DNA of 60,199 nucleotides, the filler included, from Sphacelaria rigidula (lineage: Eukaryota): the NCBI GenBank assembly GCA_964200075.2. It is 8 parts of 8 records of this genome, joined end to end, with 100 filler letters (N's around TTAATTAATTAA, not from the genome) between each part and the next. Parts side by side here need not be neighbours in the genome. Positions count along the whole stretch, not along the records: positions 45,226 to 52,662 come from CAXNAA020014917.1; positions 52,763 to 60,199 come from CAXNAA020014918.1; 6 more parts are not named here. One strand, written 5' to 3'. Positions within the stretch are counted from its first letter, which is position 1. The number at the start of each line of letters is the position of its first letter. The position numbers and the translations under genes are program-made. Shown here piece after piece: positions 50,809 through 60,199 of this stretch. The notes below the pieces were generated by a model that saw only the letters and a program-made list of their open reading frames with translations, was not told the origin of the DNA and ran no database searches.

Positions 50809-53249
50809 TTATTCAATGGACAACAATTTACAAGGAGTAATGTGTTGCTGGTCGTGGCAAACGGTCGACACATCGCTTTCAAATACCGATATGATACAAT
50901 ACATCATATCGGTACTCATACAGAAATCCCTCCGAGTTTCCTGACCGGGGTGGAGGGGGAAGAAGCCGACAACGCAAGGCCTTCGAATAGCTGATCGGCT
51001 GTTTACACAAGTTCGACACTCCCTTGCTGCACTCTACATCACCTCTGTATCGAAATAGAACGATGTACTCTTCCTCACGGCAGGCTGCCCCCGGCGTGCG
51101 CAGTGGTGCAGGACCAACCCTCACATGTCTCGCCGAGAGTTGTGCACAGCTCTTGGCTTTGACGGGGGGATTGTGCACTGGACCGAATTACCCATGCCAT
51201 TATCGATAGGCTGGAAGGATATACGCCCAGTAATCCTCGTAGGGTGTGATGGACGCTGCAGATGCCGAACGCGGTCCGCAGCTCGTGGCACATGAAATGT
51301 ATATGCTGTGATGGCAGCGTCAAGGTGGCGGACTCTATTCATCCTTCACTATTTAGCGCGAATGTTGATTTTGTTCAAAAATTAGCTCAGGGACCTTGAG
51401 TTGTGCGAATGTAAACATGCGGCGCACGCCGGGGCACTCATACGATTGCAGGGACCTTGTAGGTTGTGCTACTTTGTAAGCTCTGCTCGTGCCATGTGTC
51501 CCGGAGACACTTTTTCCCTTGTCTCGAACGTTGGAGCAGGATCTGTACATGTGTTTTGCTCACTTGTAAGACATCACACCTGGACAATAGATCATAGTTC
51601 CATAAAGTGTATGCGTACAGTATCGACCATTGCGTCTATTTCAATAGACAAAAGAGTCCACACTATGCGCAGCAAACCTTTTGGCAATGTAATCTTGTGT
51701 CCAGGGTGTGGAAGACATTCGAATTCTTGTGAGATGGTGGCGAATATCGCGGATTTTGGGATTGCACTGTGTACATTTGACCTCCGTCCCGCCAAGGTAA
51801 ACTACAGCACACGGGGACTGTGACCAATTGTGAGAACGATTGTGATGCATTCCGTCCGAATAGAAGGGGGGGAGAGTGTAATCGATATTTTGGAGCGATA
51901 TGCGGTGATGTGGGACTAACGAGTCCGGAGTTTGTCTGTGCTTGGGGCTTCATCACGATCCCCCATGCGCGCGTACAAGCGTCATGGCATTGCAAGATAG
52001 GGTTGCTCTCGTAGTACACGGCGTCCTACACCAAGAAGGCAACGCACATTACTTTGGGATCATCAGCATCCCGTGGCGAAGGATTTGGCGAGATCACATC
52101 CCTCTCGTCAAGTAGGCACCGTGTTGGAACTCAGATAATGTGTCAAGCGACTAGCTGTAGCATTGCAGGAGGCTTGACTTGGGTAAAAACGGCACCCAGG
52201 CATCTCTGTGGCTTCAACTGTGCCGACATAAAATAACGAATTTCCTTGTGCTGCTTATTCCATCGAGATGTAAAATGGATCTAGAGATTATGTGCGAAAC
52301 GTTCGACGTGATTAGGTTGATGCCTCAAATGAGACGATGCCAAAGGAATTGAGCCGACTTACAAATACCGGAATATCGGACGATACTTGACAGTTCGCAT
52401 CCAACAGAGACTGAACAGTGTGGTGTTGACTTTCACACACGACTTGAAGGGTGATCGACAGAAGGAAAATTCCAAACATGTACACACACAACGTGATGAC
52501 TGTCCTGCGCAGAGCATACGAGGAAGATGTACACCGAAGGTATAAGTCAAAGTTATTTGATTCGCCAGCAAGAGCCATGTGCGGCGAAACAACCCAGCCT
52601 ATGATGTTGCTTTTGGTGAGCGTTCCGACTCTGTTTTCCTTCAGACGGCACCTACTGAGACANNNNNNNNNNNNNNNNNNNNNNNNNNNNNNNNNNNNNN
52701 NNNNNNTTAATTAATTAANNNNNNNNNNNNNNNNNNNNNNNNNNNNNNNNNNNNNNNNNNNNTGGTATTAGGGGTAGACTTTGCGCCACCATGACAGCCA
52801 TTTTTTTTTTAGGGGGGGGGGGTATCGTAGGAAGTGTCTCCGACTGCTATCGAATGAAGCTATCTCGGATTCTCAAATGACTGTACCGGGCGGGGGTTCC
52901 TCTCGCGACAGGGGTTCCTGTGCCTTTTTTTCTTTTTGCCATTTCACGGAACAGATTATGTGATAATCATGCTCTAGCACCCCGCGTATGGCTCGAAACC
53001 CAAAGCGATTACAACCACGTTGTGGTGCCACCGACTGTGCCGTGACGGAAACGGTGCGCGAGAGCGATACCGTTCTTTGAACAGAAGAGTACAAGAACGG
53101 TATGTAATCCGGATTGTAGGTATGTCCATGCCCCTGTCGACGAAACAATCATATGCAGTAATAAGCGAGTTTTTCCAGGGAGGAGTTACAAGCGCTTACG
53201 TATCACGAATCCGGAAAGCATGACTTTTTCTAGTTCCACTTTGAATAAC

Positions 53250-53548
53250 ACCCCCTTCCCCTCCCTCGTGACTGGTTCGTGGTATCAAGGGATCGGCCCA
53301 TCCATCTCCGGTACACGCCTAGCATTTTGGTCTCGCGGATTGGATTATGACTATCAGCACTCCCCGCACCGCGTCAACTCACGTCAAACAAACTCAGTCA
53401 ACTACTTCTATTTACTCACGTATTCACCCTTCAGACGGTGGACATCAGAAGACATTACAAAGAAAAAACCCAACGCATCAGGAATCGACCCCACATCTTC
53501 CTCACCCTCATGGTAACAGTCGGATCATTTTAATTTACACCGCCGGGA
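53250..53548 (-). mobile_element. tRNA-derived SINE, family A, second copy
   Basis: Homologous to 9672-9912. B-box-like ggggtcgattcc on the minus strand. Confidence 0.72.
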
Positions 53549-54021
53549 TGGGGGGGGACGTTGCGCAATATAAGGAGACGTTTTTAGTGCGGTATCATGC
53601 CGATTTACGCCCATTTTTGTCTTCAGCAGCCCGCCGGCATCTACGGACGAGCATGTGCTTGAAAAGCTATGGCATCACAAGGCTTCCCTGCGATGGATTG
53701 TGTGTTGCACTACGTGAGCTACTCTAAGACCTACCTCCCTAACGTCTCTGACCGCTTTGGCGCCGGGAACTGGTTGGCACAAGAACTGAGCCCCGCGTAG
53801 TGCTCACCTGAATAGTCGGCGTGCCCAATTTCAGCCCAACCGCGCATAAATGTCTGCACTATTTGTTGCGCTGACAAAATTGAACCCTGACGCAGGCCAC
53901 CCCCACTGAAATCCGACGTAGTACACTTTTCCCTTGTCGCATGCTCCAAACCGAGGATCTTTCCCCCCTCCGGAGTGCTCCTTCAGGGAGGAACGTGTCG
54001 CCGCCTCCGTAGCGTACGTTA

Positions 54022-54379
54022 CACACGTACGTGGCCATTTGGCTACCCCCGAAGATTCCTCCAGGTCGGTCAACTCTTCGAGCCTGCAGAGGAATTAAAC
54101 GCCTCGGGAGGGGTGCGCGGCCCTCCAGAGGAGATTGTTTGGTTTCCTCCGAAGCGATTCAACGCCCCCGGAGGCTGGTTTTTGCCTCTGGAGGGCCGCG
54201 CATCTCTCCGAAGGCATTTTGCTATCCCCACCTTCCTCCGAAGGGGTGCGCGGCCCTCCAGGTCGGTAGTGTTTGGTTTCCTCCAGAGGGATTTAAGGCC
54301 TCCGGAGGCTTGTTGTGCCTGTGGAGGGCCGCGCATCCCTCCGGAGGCATTTTGAGGGGTAGCCAAATGGCCGTGTGTG
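54022..54379. mobile_element. MITE with CACAC..GGCCATT[T/C]GGCTAC TIRs and TA 2-bp TSD
   Basis: cacacgtacgtggccatttggctac ... gtagccaaatggccgtgtgtg, with many internal CCTCC[A/G]G/[T/C]GGAGG repeats. Confidence 0.8.
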
Positions 54380-54454
54380 TACGCCGTAATACTAAATATA
54401 TGCTATGCTCTTGCATGCTTACAGATGTGTATTTTTTGCTCTTCCCTGAAGGAA

Positions 54455-54838
54455 CACACGCGGCCATTCGGCTTCCCCCACGAGAATCCTCTATCGCGAG
54501 TTTCACCCGTCTCGAGGGAAAAAATACCTAGAGGGTATTTCATCCCCAGGTGCGGTCATAAACGAATCCTCTGGAGGGAACGTGATGCTCCGCTGGCTTC
54601 TGAGGGCTGAATCCCTCGAGAGTAACAAAAACGATGGTGCTCTGGAGGGTCGCGCGTCCTCCAAATTCCTCCGGAGAGATGCGCGGCCGTCCAGAGGCAA
54701 AACAAGCCTCTGGAGGCGTTTGATCCCAACCCTCTGGAGGGCCACGCACTCTCTGGAGGCGTTTCATTCCTCTGGAGGCTCGAAAAGTTGACCGGAACAG
54801 AGTATTTATGAAGGTACGTAGCCGAATGGCCGCGTGTG
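54455..54838. mobile_element. MITE with CACACGCGGCCATTCGGCT TIRs and AA 2-bp TSD
   Basis: cacacgcggccattcggct ... agccgaatggccgcgtgtg, AA on both sides, internal CTCTGGAGG repeats. Confidence 0.85.
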
Positions 54839-55929
54839 AAAGAGGACACCTCGAACACAGATTACAGACATGCGCGCTGCATGCTCGTCGCACACCGGCA
54901 TATATTTAGTAGAACGAAACGAAAGCGCGTGATTTTTTTTTCTCCCAGTTATAATATTTTTCGCGATTTAGTGCATACCAATTTTTTTCCAACCATTGTG
55001 TGCGCCGTGAGGGCGATGCGATTCGTGCCAAACCAGTCAGAAAAGTAGGGTGCAAACAGAAACGGGACGGCGTTGTGTCAACACCTTTGACCCTTATTAG
55101 GCGGCGAGAGCAGGTCATCTGCTTAAGTCGGCATCATCAATGTTTCACTCGAAGAAAGTATGAATGATTCTGATGGACTACCCTCGCGGTCGAAGGGCTA
55201 ATATCTCCCGAAGATTGCGTCTCATAGCCTGGAAGAAACAAGGGAAAAAGGGAATTCAAAGAACCGGAAACATTGGGAAAAAATGCAAGTCTCCCTGTTT
55301 AGTACGGCTTTTTTTGCCCCCAGCCGGGGCGCTCACTGCAAGCTCCTGGTAGGATATAATTTAATCCATTCGCTGTTCCTGATGGTTTAATGTCCTCAGG
55401 CGTACTTGCATGATTTCTGTTCACTACGTATCTCTGAGAAATGTGCAGTACGACCGGGGAGAGATTGGTTCATTGCTTGAGACCACGGACTCGCCCCGAG
55501 GAAGGGGGTGTTATTCAAAGCGCAAAAAATAAATAATTATGAAATGATAAATGATAAGATATGCATCCCCCCTTCCTGTACTTCTCATGCATGTCCACAG
55601 ACGTACGTGAAACTCAAACTCCCGCCACCGTTACCGCCAAAGGCGGTGCCGGAGAGCGCCGTCGTCAACACGCCTCCACACGATTTTAAAGGTACGGTGT
55701 GAAAAATAGATTGGGTACTACCGTAGGTTGCACAAGACAAATTGCACTCTGAGTACCCAAACCTCGAGTTGGGTACTTAAGATCACACTTGACAATACCC
55801 AGGCATTGGGTAAAGGGCTGTGATCGTACCTCACTTGATCCAATATCTGGGTGCAATAGAGTTCGGAGATCGGACGATAGCAGCACAAAACTCGGGAGAA
55901 TAACTGCCCGGGTATTTACCCTACCCAAC

Positions 55930-56110
55930 TAATCGAAAGGGGCTGCTGAACCCCTCTCGCGATAAAAATAGAGGCGAGCACCGCGAAGGAAGATGGAGTA
56001 CTGAAAAAAATAAAACTTCTGTGTTGGCTTTCCTTCAGTGTGATCCCGGCTGATGCGCCCATATATACCGAAAGGTGTATACTGACGTCCAGAATGACTA
56101 GGATGACAAC
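55930..56110 (+). mobile_element. Headless body fragment of SINE family B
   Basis: Reverse complement of ~50430-50635 (gaaaggg.ctgctgaacccctctcgcgataaaaa...gcaccgc...cgtccagaat). Confidence 0.7.
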
Positions 56111-56327
56111 GCAAGACGAACTAACCCCAAATGATCTCCTGCTGTGGGAGCATCCGAGGATTTTGAGTATCTGCTGTACGCTGGTTGATTTCTCCTTCCT
56201 GTTACCACGAAGGGGTCAGACGAGTACCCGGTGTGTTTCCGCTCCGATGACAAATCTTGTCAATATAAGAGCGATGGAGCAATGCTACGGCAGGGGGGGG
56301 GGGGCGTACTCATTTGTTGCTTGCCTT

Positions 56328-56583
56328 AGTCAATGCTACGGTAGGGGTGCACTTTTCGCGCGAAATCTTGTCTAGTTCAGGGGCTCCTCACGATTCTAGA
56401 TGCTCAAGAATATGGGCCAGGGCATCCCCGTTTGCAAATCCAGTCGGGATATCCCCAGCACATCGAAAAAGTAATCCTGGCGTACTATCACATATTTTCA
56501 TAAGTCGTGTTTTGGATGACATCGAGGGCTCGTAACAATGCTAACCTCAGAAAATATTTGTGCACCCCTACCGTAGTATCACT
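56328..56583. mobile_element. MITE with CTACGGTAGGGGTGCAC TIR
   Basis: agtcaatgctacggtaggggtgcac ... gtgcacccctaccgtagtatcact. Confidence 0.78.
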
Positions 56584-56856
56584 CAGATGGTAAAGCAGCG
56601 CATACACGAAAGCAGCATTCAAATACCGTCTGATGAGTGAAAAAGATGTCAGTTAATCTGCGAGGATCACTCACGGTACGGCACTGGCGCAGATAATCAT
56701 CGCTTGCGTGGTTCTGTTGGTGATTGCTTGTTTCAGTATCACTGCTTCAGCAGTTCTGACTGATTAATTCAGCGACTGTCACACTTTTTGCTGATCTCCT
56801 AGGTAGTCATGATCCAGGCGGAGTGATTATCCACGTGACGGACGTACCCGACATAA

Positions 56857-57140
56857 ATTGATTGATTGGTTGATTGTCACACTTTAACTGCCCACCCATG
56901 AGTCCAGCCGTGGTCGCATGATAGACGTTATCCTAAAAAAGCAAAGCTGAAACACTCGTTCAAGAAAACGAAGGAGCAGAAAAAAAGTTATAAAATCGAA
57001 ACACTCGCTGAAGAAGAATGAAGAAAAACAGAAAAAAAAAGAACAGACAGAGAAGGCTAAGAAAGGAAAATAAATGCAATAAACAAAGACGGAACGAAAT
57101 AAAAAAAATAGGAATCAAAATACCGAAAAACAAAAAAAGG
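56857..57140 (-). mobile_element. Second retroposon 3' end with a (TCAA)n tail
   Basis: Homologous to 15447-15700. Confidence 0.62.
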
Positions 57141-57149
57141 AAATAATTA

Positions 57150-57288
57150 AAATAAATAAATAATAACAATAATAACAATAATGATAATGATAACAATAAT
57201 AACAATAATGATAATAATGATAATAATGATGATAATAATGATAATAATGATGATAATGATAATAATGATAATAGTAGTAGTAATAAAT
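57150..57288. repeat. (AAT/GAT/AAC)n microsatellite
   Basis: Seen directly. It is the source of the poly-I/M/L pseudo-ORFs. Confidence 0.95.
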
Positions 57289-57849
57289 GAAAACATGAAT
57301 GACCGACCTCTGCCACGTGGAATTGGTGGAAAGAGGTCTTGCGCAGAACCCGCACTCAAGTACTGTCGTTGGTGGTCATCTCTGGAACATGCCAGTGGTA
57401 GTGGGTATCCATTCGCCAGACCTGATTCTAATACCGACAATCGGCGGTGATCACTTGTACGAATATTCAACAGGAGTGTCCGAGGCGTTTCGAACATCCA
57501 CATTCGTCACATCCCCAGCGGCGTTGACGGCGGCTCTGAGTGTCAGGGGGGAGTGCCTCTGGTTGACGGGGGTCAGGGTGCTATCAACATGCCACCAGGT
57601 ACGCACGTGTTTATTCCATTAGGCACTGTTTAGGCATACCTGAGTCAAACTACATTCTGTTCACAGTACTAAAGAAGTGGGATACAGTACGCGTTATTTG
57701 GAGCTCACATTCGAGCAGTTTCATACTCCCTCCAGCGAAATCTCATCGAAACACAGACATATACATATACTGTACATATGTTTGTCATGTCCCAGTCGGT
57801 CATGTGATCCTTTTACCATTTTGGTGCATCGTTTGAGGACAGTTCACAC

Positions 57850-58152
57850 ACAATTCTATAAAATAATGAGGTTGTACGATGAAATGAAGCCCAACCTCGA
57901 AACAGTGCCCCAAGACTTTTTTGTCGGCCTGTTTTTTTTTTTTTGGGGGGGGGGGTGATATCAGGGGAAACGACGGTTTCGGTCAGGGCTGTAAGCACAC
58001 AGAGTAGGTGAAATGCGCTGAAGAAATATCTACGCGATCGAGGGGCATCAGGCCGACAAAAACGTCATGGGGCACCATCGCTGAAAGTGTGGGGAAAGCA
58101 CTGTTTTGGGCTTGAACCTTATTTCATCGTGCAACCTCATTTTCTAGAATTG
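57850..58152. mobile_element. Foldback MITE (~300 bp)
   Basis: aattcta...aatgaggttg.acgatgaaat...gtgcccca.gac.ttttgtcggcctg is mirrored by caggccgacaaaaacgtcatggggcac...atttcatcgtgcaacctcatt...tagaatt. Confidence 0.8.
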
Positions 58153-58459
58153 TCCGTTAATTCATTCTCGAGCATTGTGCCTGCCGGAACAAGAGCAATT
58201 TAATCGCGAGAGGCGTTCATTTGCCCCGAACGCACACTTGGCAGGAAGCGATTCTCAGCACGACGAAGTAATTTTTTTGGATTTTTTGTTGATACGCGTT
58301 GTGGATACGTACCGCTTTTATGGGTATCGCAAAAGTTCCTGCGATGGAAAATAACTCAATTTCTTTGGCTCAGCGAACCGCACACTCAAGAGCATCAAAC
58401 GGAGAGCAGAGGGATCGTCGACGTAGCGCGAAGAGTATGGCAGTACATACTGAGTCCTG

Positions 58460-58690
58460 ACCGGTTCAAGAGCGTGTATTTTAGTTCTCGTGAACCTCTA
58501 GAATCATTAATGCTCTTTTTGTGTCCAAAGTCGTGTGCATTTTGCGGACATGAAGGTAGAATATGACAATACGTGCTGGTTCCTAAACGGTTCAAGAGCG
58601 TTCATACTTCTCGGGAACCTCTAGAACCAAGAATGTAATTTTCGCCCTCTCGAAATCTGTGTGAAATTTTGCGGACATGTAGCAGAACGT
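58460..58690 (+). repeat. Two tandem copies of a ~127-bp unit
   Basis: cggttcaagagcgt...ttctcg.gaacctctagaa...ttttgcggacatg occurs twice. Confidence 0.75.
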
Positions 58691-60199
58691 TTTCCAGTCG
58701 TTGGAACTACAGCACTGTATCGGTACCCCTTTGTTTCGCCTTCTGGTACTGTAGACGAGAGCAAGGTGTGACGTGGCGTGCTATGCATCATTATTCCGAG
58801 TGGGAGCTCACACAATCCGAACACTCCATTTGACACCGAAGTGGACGTCGACCGGTTCATTTTATATTTCAAATTTTACGACAAGTACAAATACACTTGT
58901 CTATTAATACCACGATATTTCAACGTCTGACCCGGACGACTTTCGCAAGCGAACCAGCTTCTGCGTATTCCTCCCCCCCCCATCCTTATTATTTCGCGAT
59001 GCTGCTGTGATCGCTGATGGGTTGTCGATTCTTTTATTCGGGAGATTTTAGGCACGTTCACCACGTAATTTTGGGAAAAAAAACAACGAAAGTGCGTCAC
59101 AGTAAAGTATGACCGTACGTGATGGTCTAATACACAAGGACACAACGGGACTTCAGCTGAATCCACGAGAACATTCCTTCTCCTGCATCTACAACACTAC
59201 AAGTTTCATAACGACCTACTGGCACGGCCATGGCTGCTCTCTAACATCAAAATCACGCTATCAACGCTAGTCGGCTTCCATCCGATGCTCCCATTAGTAG
59301 ACTCGCTGGTCATCTTGCCGGTAGTATCCGTATGGTTGTCCGTGTATTGTACTGTCGATGCCTAAAATTCTAGGCGTCGTCTTCTGCTTGCTGGTGTAAA
59401 CATGTCCATCATACTATACGACTGTTGTGTGTCACTCTGCCGACACAAAAACACTGAGTGGTTCAGCGATAGAGGGAGGTCAACCTTTTGATCACTTTAG
59501 TTCCGAAGTTGAGCAAGAGGCATACGAGAGCCATGCCACGGTGGAAGGGGTCGCACACATTTGGGCCCAGATTTTTCTCATCGAGGGGCTCCTCAAGTCC
59601 GAAGCCACACGAACATATGGGTCAGAACATCTCTGTCTTGAAATATTTTTGTGAAACCGTTAGCCGTGGCATGCTCTCACATATTTCCAAGGCTCGGACG
59701 AATGAATGATTCGCCCGGAAATTACTTGAGTTTAGTGTGATTGATTCGTACCGTATGAAGCAATCCTTAGGCTTTGCTTTCAGCGTTGCAACCCAGGTAC
59801 AAGCGGCTGCTCAGGCACGTGGTAGGGCGCAGCAAATAATCGCGTGGAGACCTTTTTTTTTCACTAGCGGTCAAATTGTTTTCGTCTCTTTTTCGAGAAA
59901 CCACGCCTGAAAAGTCGTAGATTTAGAGATTCGATCCCGCAATGATTCGTCCGAACCGTGTACAAATTCATGAGTCGTTCTTTGGACAAGAGAGGGGGCT
60001 CGTAATAATTCAAACCTGAAAACACTTTATATACCCCCACCGCGGCGCCGCCCTTTCACTGGTGCACGCTGCGGGCTAAGGGAAAGATACTGCGCCGTGT
60101 TGCCTGAGGATGATGATTCGATAAGAAGGGGGGGGGGGGGGGTGGTCCTAGTAATAATTATGCCTTAATTCTCAGAACATTTACCCCCCATCCCCATAA

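Noticed and set aside
47400..52662. Upstream AACS exons (e.g. KELTYA at ~49550)
   Set aside because: The candidate has an immediate in-frame stop and no fitting splice phase. No WF...LN.AEN motif was found, so it was not annotated.
53975..54893. Cluster of overlapping ORFs
   Set aside because: They lie within two GC-rich MITEs made of short internal repeats.
56960..57503. Hydrophobic poly-L/I/M ORFs as membrane proteins
   Set aside because: They are translations of an AAT/GAT microsatellite and an A-rich retroposon UTR.
59450..59680. Protein-like minus-strand translation (CSCGFGLEEPLDEKNLGPNVCDPFHRGMALVCLLLNFG)
   Set aside because: It is interrupted by stops, has no clear splice borders and no family, so it is too weak to call.

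Overview
Eukaryotic, repeat-rich genomic DNA, most likely from a brown alga (Phaeophyceae, stramenopile). The taxon is inferred from short GT-AG exons in long introns, the tRNA-derived SINEs and the TE content, not from a marker gene. The window is not one locus. It is eight unplaced contigs of 7437-7438 bp (1-7438, 7539-14976, 15077-22514, 22615-30051, 30152-37588, 37689-45125, 45226-52662, 52763-60199) joined by an artificial N44-TTAATTAATTAA-N44 spacer, so neighbourhood across spacers means nothing. Contents: a degenerate Ty3/Gypsy retrotransposon (gag-PR-RT-RH-IN, minus strand); 3' ends of LINE-type retroposons with microsatellite tails; two tRNA-derived SINE families; and several non-autonomous TIR/foldback elements (piggyBac-type with TTAA TSD, and CAC..GTG elements with 2-bp TSD). 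Three partial spliced host genes can be rebuilt with consistent intron phases: an HHIPL/HIPL1-like folate-receptor-domain + glucose/sorbosone-dehydrogenase protein, a multi-EF-hand protein, and acetoacetyl-CoA synthetase. The most unusual item is a decayed multi-exon gene in contig 5. One of its segments resembles the SAM-binding end of amino-(N6A/N4C) DNA methyltransferases, and a later exon may be SET-like; this is speculative. A palindromic 42-bp array looks superficially CRISPR-like but is a tandem repeat. Most ORFs in the supplied track are spurious.
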